Shown here: positions 19,967 through 28,247 of the stretch, piece by piece
Numbering within the stretch: the first letter of the stretch is position 1
Layout of the letters: the number at the start of each line of letters is the position of its first letter
Assembly: GCA_027460535.1 (NCBI GenBank)
Contig: JAPZAR010000027.1
Coordinates: forward strand, 270,001-302,000
Direction of reading: 5' to 3'
Length of the DNA stretch: 32,000 nt
Origin: Candidatus Methanoperedens sp.
GTDB lineage: Archaea > Halobacteriota > Methanosarcinia > Methanosarcinales > Methanoperedenaceae
The notes under the pieces: generated by a model
Databases searched by the model: none
Told to the model about the DNA's origin: nothing
What the model saw: only the letters and a program-made list of their open reading frames with translations
Position numbers and translations under genes: made by a program

Positions 19967-21136
19967 ATGAAAGCCTGGCTTTTTCTTGCCATCAAGGACC
20001 TCTCAAAAAGGAGACGCGAGACCCTGATGGTCATCCTGGCCATAACAATAGGCGTGGTCGGTCCACTTTTCACCACGGCGCTGAATAACGGGATGCAGAA
20101 CGCATTTGTGGGGAATGCCGTGGATGTGTATATCGGGCATCTGCAGATACAGCCCAACACGGGTGAGACTGTTATTGCGAAATCTGAAAGCGTGCTGTCA
20201 AAAGTCCAGGGAATAAAAGGCATTGCAGGGGCTGCGCCGCGGATAAACGGTGGCGTGGATATAGAATCGAAAACAGAAAAGGTCGGTATAGCGATATTCG
20301 GTATCAAACCGTCGCTTGAGGAAAAAGCTTCCACGCTGGCTAAAACCATGGAGAGAGGTGAGTTCCTCGACGACAAGGACAAAAATGAACTGCTGATCGG
20401 CACGTCACTTTCAGAGGTCTTGAAAGTCGATGTGGGAGATACGGTCCTTGTCCAGTACCAGGACAGACAGCCGGTGGAGTTCAGGATAAAGGGCATTGTC
20501 AGCACGGGAACCTGGGAACTTGACAGGTACGGCATAATCTCCACATACGATACCGTCAAAGAGCTTATCGAAAAAGAGGATGCCACGAGCATACTGATAA
20601 GGCTTGAAAACCCCGAGGATTCGATGAAGTTCAAGACCATGATCCAGAAAGAGACAGCGCTTTCCAATGTAAAGACCTGGCAGGAGCTTTCTGCCGGCAT
20701 GGCGGGTATGATCGAGACGTTCGGGGCAATCTCCCTCCTGACCTCTGCTATCTCCATTTTTGTTGCAGCAATCGCGATAAGCCTGATAATATATACAACA
20801 GTGAAAAACAAGATACGCGAGATAGGGGTGCTAAAAGCGATAGGTGCAAGAGGCTCAGTGATACTTAGGATCTATCTTGCCGAGGCTCTCTTCATAGGGA
20901 TCATAGGGACAGCTCTGGGCACTATGATCGGAATGTTCCTCATAAACGGGATGCAGCAGCATCCCATCATAATGCGGCCTGAATACGGCATGAAACTCGT
21001 TATTACACCATGGATATCCTCAAGATCAATAATCGCGGCCGATCTCTCCATCCTCCTGACCTGTATCATTGGCGGGATATATCCTGCTATCATCGCTGCG
21101 AGGACAAATATTATAAAAGCAATATGGAGTGGATAG
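19967..21136 (+). CDS. ABC transporter permease, FtsX/MacB type
   Basis: An N-terminal TM helix and a large extracytoplasmic domain, then three C-terminal TM helices with REIGVLKAIGA. Confidence 0.8.
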   Translation: MKAWLFLAIKDLSKRRRETLMVILAITIGVVGPLFTTALNNGMQNAFVGNAVDVYIGHLQIQPNTGETVIAKSESVLSKVQGIKGIAGAAPRINGGVDIESKTEKVGIAIFGIKPSLEEKASTLAKTMERGEFLDDKDKNELLIGTSLSEVLKVDVGDTVLVQYQDRQPVEFRIKGIVSTGTWELDRYGIISTYDTVKELIEKEDATSILIRLENPEDSMKFKTMIQKETALSNVKTWQELSAGMAGMIETFGAISLLTSAISIFVAAIAISLIIYTTVKNKIREIGVLKAIGARGSVILRIYLAEALFIGIIGTALGTMIGMFLINGMQQHPIIMRPEYGMKLVITPWISSRSIIAADLSILLTCIIGGIYPAIIAARTNIIKAIWSG

Positions 21137-21788
21137 GTTGATCGAACTTTCAGATGTTAAGAAAATATACTACATGGGAAAGGTCGAGGTGCCTGCTCTT
21201 CGTGGCATTGATCTGAATATTGAAAAGGGGGAATTCGTTGCCCTCATGGGCTCCTCGGGGAGCGGGAAATCAACGCTGCTCAACATGATAGGGCTCCTGG
21301 ATACACCTACATCTGGGAAAATCGTCATCGAGGGCATTGACGTGTCCTCATTGAATGAGAATGAGAGGGCAGATTTCAGGTTGAAAAAACTTGGGTTTGT
21401 GTTCCAATTCTTCAGCCTGCTCATGGAACTGGATGCGCTTGAGAACGTCGCCCTTCCAATGATCATGGATGACCGAAGATATGACCGGGCTGCTTCGCTC
21501 CTTGAAGTCGTGGGAATCAGCGAAAGAGCGGCGCATTTCCCGAGTGAACTTTCGGGCGGGCAGCAGCAGAGGGTGGCCATTGCACGCGCCCTCGCCAACG
21601 AACCTGCGATTCTGCTGGCAGATGAACCCACTGCCAACCTGGATACCGAATCCTCGAACCAGATCGTGGGACTGTTCAGGGAATTGAATGACAATGGACA
21701 GACCATTATCATGGTGACGCATGAACCTGATCTTGGCGAAAAAGCGGACAGGATAATAAGGATCAAAGACGGGAAAGTTGTTCCATGA
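21129..21788 (+). CDS. ABC transporter ATP-binding protein (MacB/LolD type)
   Basis: Walker A GSSGSGKST, signature LSGGQQQR, Walker B ILLADEPT, H-loop VTHE. GTG start overlaps the permease stop. Confidence 0.9.
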   Translation: MDRLIELSDVKKIYYMGKVEVPALRGIDLNIEKGEFVALMGSSGSGKSTLLNMIGLLDTPTSGKIVIEGIDVSSLNENERADFRLKKLGFVFQFFSLLMELDALENVALPMIMDDRRYDRAASLLEVVGISERAAHFPSELSGGQQQRVAIARALANEPAILLADEPTANLDTESSNQIVGLFRELNDNGQTIIMVTHEPDLGEKADRIIRIKDGKVVP

Positions 21789-21949
21789 AAAAGATAAATT
21801 AAAGGTTTCCCCTTACTTTATTCGGCGTTCTGTGCATGTGCTTTCATGAAATACTATTACTATCCTTGAGCATCCTCCCTGATGCACCGAATTTCCAATC
21901 CTGCCTGGTTCGTGACTGTGGACTATAGGCATTGATCGGATCCTAAGGG

Positions 21950-22987
21950 CTAAGCTCCAGTGTCCCCTGAATTAAAGAGACGTATACTCGCACCTGGGTA
22001 CCACTCCTGCAGAAATGTCAGCAAATGATATTTCATGAATGTGGGCACAGGTACGGATACGATCAGCATCAATAATATCAATACCCCGGCAGCGATAATT
22101 CCATAAGGTATCATCACTGCCCAGAATACGATGCTACCGGTCCCATGCCCCAGCCCTGATAACATGAAGTACAGTATCAAAGCAGGTATGAGAAGGATTA
22201 GGATTAAAACCACGAGAAGTATCAGCGCCACTATGCCCACGGCGATCGACAAAATTATCCATGCGATGAACCTGACCGCCCAGTAGACCAGTATCTGCTT
22301 CCAGTCTTGCTTGAACCTTCCCAGAATTATTATTATTGCCTCTGCTATGCCAATTCCCTGATACATCGCCACCGGTACAGCAAGGCTTATGAACGACCTT
22401 ATGAGCCCGCTAACCAAGGCCAGCAACAGCATTACTATTATGAACCGTAGAATGCCGCCGAGGATCATCCCCGGGGTTACTGTAATCCGCGGCTCCAGGA
22501 ATTGTTGCACGATGGGTAACATTGCCAATATGAATAGCGACAGAAGACCTATACCCAGGACTGTCTGTATTATGAACAGGTCAAATCCGGGACGCAGGTA
22601 TTTTTTGAAGTGCGCCCGGATGGCAACTCTATTTGTTACCAGTGACTCTACGAAAACAAATTCCATAACACTTGATATCAGAATGAACAGCAATATTATG
22701 AAAACGATTACGGCGAAGGCCATAAGAATGTAGGTCTTGTACTGTTCCCAGAACTGATTTATCTGATTGAATATCTCCTCTATAGATGGCGCTCCTTCCA
22801 TTCTGTCCTTTGATGGCAAATTATAATTTGGCGGGAAGCTGAAATTCAAGAATCCAATGCCGCTCCCGCCTATGAAGAACAGAATTATCCCCAGTCGTAT
22901 CCATTTCCAGAAGTCGAACGGCTCCATGAGAGCTTTTTTAGTCTTTTTAAGTGCGGCATCAATCGCATCAGTGCCATACCATCCCAT
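21950..22987 (-). CDS. Polytopic membrane protein, function unknown
   Basis: 345 aa with about 7 long hydrophobic segments. It is the only long ORF with a sensible hydrophobicity pattern in this interval. Confidence 0.6.
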   Translation of the reverse strand: MGWYGTDAIDAALKKTKKALMEPFDFWKWIRLGIILFFIGGSGIGFLNFSFPPNYNLPSKDRMEGAPSIEEIFNQINQFWEQYKTYILMAFAVIVFIILLFILISSVMEFVFVESLVTNRVAIRAHFKKYLRPGFDLFIIQTVLGIGLLSLFILAMLPIVQQFLEPRITVTPGMILGGILRFIIVMLLLALVSGLIRSFISLAVPVAMYQGIGIAEAIIIILGRFKQDWKQILVYWAVRFIAWIILSIAVGIVALILLVVLILILLIPALILYFMLSGLGHGTGSIVFWAVMIPYGIIAAGVLILLMLIVSVPVPTFMKYHLLTFLQEWYPGASIRLFNSGDTGA

Positions 22988-23354
22988 AATAGCTGAATAT
23001 ACTCTAATTCGTAAATAGTTTGTTGATTATTAATCTTATAATTAATAATTGATTAATTGTTTTAAGTATATCGTTTTTTACACACTTTATTTATTCTACC
23101 CCTTTTTTGCATCGAATCAAATCCTTAATGCGGTACTATCGATGTGTCCATGAGGGTTATCATTCCCGACAACAAAAGGAATAGAAATTGGCATCAATAA
23201 TAAATATTGGTATTGCTATTGCATAACCTAATCCTTCATCAAGGCTTATCCATCCAGTATTAATTTTGTAGTCATTAGAGAATTGCAGTGTTGCCCCGGG
23301 CGCTTCCCTTAAATGCAACTACCTTCATGCTGATTGCCTCCATTTATTTCCATT

Positions 23355-24485
23355 TCAAATTATCTCTGCAATCGCATCAATCTCTATCTTTGCGTTTTTT
23401 GGAAGCTTTGCAACACATACAGTGGAACGGGCAGGCTTGCTCAAAGAAAAATAAGACGCATAAATCTCGTTCACTTTTGAAAAATCATTAATATCTGTTA
23501 GATAAATAGTTGTCTTGTCCACACTTTCAAGGCTACCCCCCGATGCTTCAATAACAGCTTTCAGGTTATCAAGAACTCTTTTTGTCTGGGTCTCTATATC
23601 ACCATCAATGAACTGCTGAGTCTTAGGGTCGATTGCGATTTGACCTGACAGATAGATCATTTTATTCACCTTGATAGCTTGTGAGTAAGGGCCGATAGCA
23701 TTTGGCGCTGCACTTGTATTCACGATTTCCTTCGAATCAGGTTCTTCCGCAGCAACGACACCATCCATTTTATTGTATCCCTTCGCGAGGTTGGTGTTGA
23801 CATTCAGCACACCTTCATTGAGATGCTTATAGACGTAATCCTCCGTAATCACGGGCAGAGCATCTGCCACGGACTGGTTTTCAACGATCATACCCAGATG
23901 CACATACCTTCCATCCGGGATATTCACTCCAACAATCCTTACGCCAGGCTCAAGCACGACATTGCTCCCTACTCTTGATTTGAATACGAATGCCTGCATG
24001 CCAACAAACGTATCATCGCCTACGCTTGCAGGTCCATGAACCTGTGCCTGATGCGCCATCGAGACATTGTTCCCGATGTACACAGCATATTTCTTGCCAT
24101 CTACCTCGACCAGGTTCTTTTCAACCGGCCTTCCTTCTTCATCCCGGGTCTCAAGAGCATGGATGGATACGCCATCCTGGATATTTGAATCATTGCCGAT
24201 GTATATGGGCATCCCCTCGTCACCCCTTAGCGATGCCTGGGGAGAGACCATTACGTTCCTGCCAATGTGTACGGCCCCGATCACGGATGCCTGCGGATGT
24301 ATATATGCCGAAGCATCGATTTCGGGGACTATTTTGGTATCGCTCCATGGCGTTATCGGGCTTGCGCCTATGTTCGTTCCGGAGTATATCTCATCAACTC
24401 GCTGCACGCATCCTGTTGTGGACACTGCCGCTATAACAAACAGTACAGCTAAAATTTTAACTAAGTTTGTCCTCATAACTTCCAC
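23355..24485 (-). CDS. Fusion protein: lipoprotein signal + Cam-type gamma carbonic anhydrase + RidA/YjgF domain
   Basis: The N-terminus has a hydrophobic segment and TTGC. Residues ~45-245 closely resemble Methanosarcina thermophila Cam as recalled (VMVSPQASLRGDEGMPIYIG, HALET, VHGPASVGDDTFVGMQAFVF). Residues ~255-376 are RidA-like (APNAIGPYSQAIKV ... ARSTVCVAKLPKNAKIEI). There is no stop codon between the domains. Confidence 0.8.
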   Translation of the reverse strand: MEVMRTNLVKILAVLFVIAAVSTTGCVQRVDEIYSGTNIGASPITPWSDTKIVPEIDASAYIHPQASVIGAVHIGRNVMVSPQASLRGDEGMPIYIGNDSNIQDGVSIHALETRDEEGRPVEKNLVEVDGKKYAVYIGNNVSMAHQAQVHGPASVGDDTFVGMQAFVFKSRVGSNVVLEPGVRIVGVNIPDGRYVHLGMIVENQSVADALPVITEDYVYKHLNEGVLNVNTNLAKGYNKMDGVVAAEEPDSKEIVNTSAAPNAIGPYSQAIKVNKMIYLSGQIAIDPKTQQFIDGDIETQTKRVLDNLKAVIEASGGSLESVDKTTIYLTDINDFSKVNEIYASYFSLSKPARSTVCVAKLPKNAKIEIDAIAEII

Positions 24486-24530
24486 CTGAAGGGTGTAAAA
24501 AAATTCTATCGTATTTAAACTTTTTTAAAT

Positions 24531-25220
24531 TTATTTCGAACCGGATTTCAGCCTTTCAAGAAGCGGGTCTTTTACCCCAACATTGCTAAAAGCCCTCTCC
24601 CGCCGCCTGCAGGACTCGCATACACCGCACGGTCTTTCTTTACCTTCGTAACACGACCAGGACCATTCAAGAGGTGCCCCATTCTCAAGCCCTCTTCTGA
24701 CTATCCCGGCCTTATCCAGGGAAACCAGGGGCGTATAGACCGCAGGTTGCGTGAGTGTTCCGAACTTCAACATCTCGTTGAACCTTTTCACGAACTCAGG
24801 GGTGTTGTCAGGAAACGTTACAGCCTCCTCGGCATCGAAACCCGTGACTATGAAATCGTATTCATAATTCTCGGCAAGTGATGCGGCGATAGAAAGAAAG
24901 ACCACGTTCCGTGCAGGCACCCAGACCTGTTTTGCAGCTTTTTGTGTGATCGCTTTGTTATCGAGTTCATCCGCTGATATTTCCGGGAGCTTCTCTTTGC
25001 CGGTGAGCGCGCCGCGAAATGTCCTGTACCAGGGAAGTTCGATGATGAGATGGTTTACCTTGAATTGCTTGCAAATGGCTTTTGCGAATCCTATTTCTTT
25101 TTCCCGAGCCCTCTGGCCGTAATCGAAGGTCACGCAATGGACTTCGTCGCACCTGTCGTATGCTTCTTTGAAGGCGACCGTGGAATCAAGACCGGATGAA
25201 AGTAGAACGATGGATTTCAT
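24531..25220 (-). CDS. queC: 7-cyano-7-deazaguanine synthase
   Basis: PP-loop VLLSSGLDSTV and a C-terminal zinc-binding cysteine cluster (CYEG...CGVCESC). Confidence 0.85.
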   Translation of the reverse strand: MKSIVLLSSGLDSTVAFKEAYDRCDEVHCVTFDYGQRAREKEIGFAKAICKQFKVNHLIIELPWYRTFRGALTGKEKLPEISADELDNKAITQKAAKQVWVPARNVVFLSIAASLAENYEYDFIVTGFDAEEAVTFPDNTPEFVKRFNEMLKFGTLTQPAVYTPLVSLDKAGIVRRGLENGAPLEWSWSCYEGKERPCGVCESCRRRERAFSNVGVKDPLLERLKSGSK

Positions 25221-25335
25221 ATGTGGAGATATGATTGATGGATATTTAAAATCTGGGCAGGTATTATATGGCAGGGTCGGGGAAGCTCCAGATTGCTGCC
25301 ATTCATTTTCGATATCAAACCTATTACATTCGTTC

Positions 25336-25719
25336 TTACCATTGTTTCCATTTAAGACCGTTTATGCGCTTGAAATGATCCACATTTCTTGTAAAAACTT
25401 CTTCATCGTTTGCCTTAACGATCCCGGCTATAAGAATATCCAGTATATTCACCGGATCTCCAGAATTCATTAACTCAGCCTGGATCTGGGCGGCTAATAG
25501 AGCAGCATGTTTTTCAAATTCGAGCACATCAATGGAATCAAGTAATGAAATGACCTCGGAAAGAGAAGCTTCAGGTTTTTTGGAGCGTTTTGCTCCATAA
25601 TAAAGCTCAAAGGCATTTATGATAGTGGTCTTTGGAAAATTAATCCTATCGGCAAGTTCTTTTGCATCGGTATTGCCTCTCAATAATGCCACTAAAAAAT
25701 CAGTGTCGAGCACAGTCAT
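25336..25719 (-). CDS. vapC: PIN-domain toxin
   Basis: MTVLDTDFLV at the N-terminus, acidic PIN residues (ILDILIAG, TRNVDHF), and a 4-nt overlap with the upstream small gene. Confidence 0.8.
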   Translation of the reverse strand: MTVLDTDFLVALLRGNTDAKELADRINFPKTTIINAFELYYGAKRSKKPEASLSEVISLLDSIDVLEFEKHAALLAAQIQAELMNSGDPVNILDILIAGIVKANDEEVFTRNVDHFKRINGLKWKQW

Positions 25720-25946
25720 AGCTTTGTTCTCTCTAATCTTGATACATCCAGTCCAGAACGCCTGATCTCAAGAGTTGCTTTTTCAAATTTTTCATCTTTC
25801 AATCTTCCGGCAAATTCTTTGAGAGGTCTTTTCCTTACAAAACCTGTGATCCTTTTTATGAGTTCAGTAAAGCTTTCCCCTTCTTTCTTGAGTTGAGCCA
25901 GTGCCTCATAGGCTTCTTCGGAGATCGTCAGTGTTTTATGTGCCAT
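25716..25946 (-). CDS. vapB: VapB-type antitoxin
   Basis: 76 aa. KTLTISEEAYEALAQLK is typical of archaeal PIN-associated antitoxins, and the gene is translationally coupled to vapC. Confidence 0.65.
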   Translation of the reverse strand: MAHKTLTISEEAYEALAQLKKEGESFTELIKRITGFVRKRPLKEFAGRLKDEKFEKATLEIRRSGLDVSRLERTKL

Positions 25947-26030
25947 GATTATAAGTGTATTTATACGTGTATTTATACTTAATCATATTTTTGAGTAATC
26001 ATTATACGGATATAGCTCCATTTTGAAAAC

Positions 26031-26213
26031 ATGACTGAATCGATAGCAATGGAAGATTTAGACGTTCTCGTTGATTCAATTGAAATTCTCAGTAATCCAA
26101 GAACGATGGAAGCGCTGCGAAGAAGCGACCTTGACATAAAATATGGGCGGGTTAAGAAAGTAACCTCCATTGAAGAGATGCTCCGTGAACTGCACGGTAA
26201 AATGAACCGATGA
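26031..26213 (+). CDS. Small antitoxin-like protein (resembles C-terminal part of Phd/YefM/RelB-type antitoxins)
   Basis: 60 aa. The segment EILSNPRTMEALRRSDLDIKYGRV resembles antitoxin tails. It overlaps the next gene by 4 nt. Confidence 0.4.
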   Translation: MTESIAMEDLDVLVDSIEILSNPRTMEALRRSDLDIKYGRVKKVTSIEEMLRELHGKMNR

Positions 26214-26476
26214 CACATACAAAACCATTCGATAAGTGCCCTATTTGCGGCGGTGAGCTTGTAGAGAAAGAGGTTGAGAAGCTCTTGAGAGGAGGCGTGA
26301 ATACCGCTATCATAAAAGTCAGGGCAGAGGTTTGCCAGCACTGCGGAGAGAGACTGTATTCGCAGGAAACGGTTAAACTCTTCGAGGAGATTAGGAGAAA
26401 ATTAGAACGCAAAGAAGTGGCAAACTTCCAACCGATCGGACAGTCATTTCAGGTAACAGTATCAGATTCAGCTTAA
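26210..26476 (+). CDS. YgiT/MqsA-type zinc-ribbon protein
   Basis: CPICGG...CQHCGE separated by about 30 aa, with a beta-rich interior. This is typical of the YgiT-type zinc finger. Confidence 0.6.
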   Translation: MTHTKPFDKCPICGGELVEKEVEKLLRGGVNTAIIKVRAEVCQHCGERLYSQETVKLFEEIRRKLERKEVANFQPIGQSFQVTVSDSA

Positions 26477-26499
26477 TAATCTACTACATTCCAGCCTGT

Positions 26500-26716
26500 G
26501 GAAGGCGCCGTCCATTAAAATAAAAAACCGCAGATAAAGGCGCCCAGAGTCGCGCCTCTGGAGGGCTCAAAGGGGGAGCCGTGAATGAAAATGACAAACC
26601 GCAGATGAAGGCGCCCAGAGTCACGCCTCTGGAGGGCGTGTACACGTATGCCCGCAGGCATACGTGGGCGCGGAGTCGAGAACCCGCAGGGTTTCGGCAT
26701 GATGAACGCAGATTTA
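26500..26716. repeat. Mosaic hairpin-module repeats (one partial copy and one complete 119-bp composite element at 26597-26715)
   Basis: aaccgcagat[a/g]aaggcgcccagagtc[g/a]cgcctctggagggc occurs at 26526-26565 and 26597-26636. Hairpins lie at 26544-26561, 26615-26632, 26643-26666 (10-bp stem) and 26680-26694. Both termini are identical to those of 28509-28668. Confidence 0.85.
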
Positions 26717-26794
26717 TAACACTGTCTCCAGAAATTATTAGCTTTCACCAATTTTTTGAAGTAAATGTTATTATTTCATTAGAAGCTCATGCAG

Positions 26795-26890
26795 CAACCC
26801 GCCCGAAGGGCGGCGCCGTATATGAAATAAAGAACCGCAAGATGAACGCCCCGAGTCGCGCCTCGGTGGTGGGGGCGAAAGCCCTCATCC
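26795..26890. repeat. Further hairpin modules of the same family
   Basis: Hairpins at 26799-26813 (ccgccc/gaa/gggcgg), 26851-26866 (ccgag/tcgcgc/ctcgg) and 26873-26884 (gggc/gaaa/gccc). The unit ggcgccgtatatgaaataaagaaccgcaagatgaacgcc parallels 26504-26543. Confidence 0.7.
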
Positions 26891-26994
26891 CTATTTTCAA
26901 GCTTTGATAAACCCAATAATATCAAGCATTATTAACATCATCAAAAAAAGGCGCCGCATATTGTTTCAAGCTATAGCGAAAACGTCTTTGCATT

Positions 26995-27349
26995 TTATCC
27001 GATCTCGTGACGTATTCGGACGGCTCCTGGAGTTATCACTGAAAATGATTGTTTAAGTTCTGTTCCATGCTTCTTTATGGCAGAAACCACTATCTCCGCT
27101 TTCCGGGTAGGAGAAAGCCCTGCCAATCGGATTAGCACAACTCCACTGGTTATGCGCCGCTGACGAAAAACAAGCTCACCAAAGTCTTTATCAGCCGTTA
27201 ACAGCAGCACAGTTTTCTCATTAGCCATTTCAAGCACTTCATCGTCAGAAATCCCTGCATTCGTTGGCAACGTACTGCACATTATGTCCCATCAACCGGA
27301 GACGCTCAACGATTTGTCTGTCTACGTTCTCATCGACCAGAAAATTCAC
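26995..27349 (-). pseudogene. DUF5615 (PIN-like) toxin gene, frameshifted
   Basis: The N-terminal piece runs from GTG 27349 (VNFLVDENVDRQIVERLRLMGHNVQYVA...) and stops at 27245. The C-terminal piece (AGISDDEVLEMA...LTADKDFGELVF...) is in another frame (track ORF 26995..27282). The join requires a 1-nt shift near 27255-27270. Confidence 0.65.
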
Positions 27350-27582
27350 GAGACCGCCTCAGCGACCGGGTACACCACATCAGCGCGTAAAGCTTGTGCA
27401 GCAAATGCAAGAGCCGCTCTTATCGCTTCGCGCGTCAGCCGTGGATGAGCCTCCAATATCTGTTCCACCGTTTCGCCTGCGGAAAGCTTTTCCAGGATCA
27501 GCTCCACAGTGATGCGGGTTCCTGCGATGACAGGTTTGCCCATCATTACTTTGGGGTCGGATACAATCAATTTTTTCTGCAT
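27346..27582 (-). CDS. DUF433 antitoxin-type protein
   Basis: IVSDPKVMMGKPVIAGTRITVELILEKLSAGETVEQIL is the DUF433 signature. The ATG at 27582 is preceded by gaggtg. Its stop overlaps the GTG of the DUF5615 gene. Confidence 0.75.
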   Translation of the reverse strand: MQKKLIVSDPKVMMGKPVIAGTRITVELILEKLSAGETVEQILEAHPRLTREAIRAALAFAAQALRADVVYPVAEAVS

Positions 27583-28127
27583 TTTGCACCTCTTTAGCTG
27601 AATGGTTTGAAGCACCGGGTGAGGGATGATATTATCGTGTTAGATATGGTGAATTCACATTTATATTATTATGGTTCTTTTGCAACTCTGCAACGTCACG
27701 TGCAGGGCGACTTTTAGTTTGCGTCAGATTTGAAAGCGGAAGAGAGTACGACAACGATGTCCCCGCTGTTTTTCGCCTACCACCACTTCATGCTCTCCCT
27801 GAACCTCGTCACCCTCTCATCCTTATCCGGTTTCCTGAAAACATAGAGATGCTCATGTCCGATGAGATAGAAGTCATACTTCTTCCCGAACCACTTCTCC
27901 CTCGTGCTCTTCATCTTCCACTGGAGCTTGATGATATCCTCGCGCAATATGAATCCCGCCTCAAGGAAGCTCATGAGCACCCTCGGCGTAATGGGCACGA
28001 AATGCTTGTTGCGCCGCGTATCGCCAATCAGGATGGCGCAGTGCTTGTTGGGCTTCAGGACGCGCATGCACTCACCGGCGACGAGGCGCATCTCCCGATC
28101 GAACTCGGCGATGCTGTGCACGCTCGA

Positions 28128-28204
28128 AAGCCGAAACTTCGGCTTGCGCAGTGTTGGGGTATGCTCTGCATACCCCTCGTTTGATAAACATTTCCTAAAG
28201 GTTT
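28128..28204. repeat. Three-hairpin module lying in frame inside methyltransferase copy A
   Basis: Hairpins at 28128-28145 (aagccgaa/ac/ttcggctt), 28156-28176 (ggggtatgc/tct/gcatacccc) and 28186-28204 (aaacattt/cct/aaaggttt, one mismatch). The module is colinear with 131-180 on the opposite strand. Confidence 0.8.
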
Positions 28205-28247
28205 TTGAGAGGTCGCCCTCGCGGTCATGGGAATAGGGGATGATGCT

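Noticed and set aside
25168-25473. 101-aa + strand ORF spanning the queC-vapC intergenic region
   Set aside because: It overlaps the 5' end of queC and the 3' end of vapC on the opposite strand, and its translation is unremarkable. It is most likely spurious.
26699-26705. atgatga (C-box-like) at 26699-26705 and 28652-28658, suggesting a C/D box sRNA
   Set aside because: I found no appropriately spaced CTGA D box, C'/D' pair or terminal stem downstream. The motif is part of the conserved right terminus of the composite repeat.
26581-26907. 108-aa ORF on the + strand (and the similar 95-aa ORF at 28400..28687) across the hairpin repeats
   Set aside because: The shared peptide stretches (KPQMKAPRVT...) simply reflect the shared repeat DNA. 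The sequence is made of palindromes, has no start context, and the two ORFs diverge wherever the modules differ. I treat it as non-coding.
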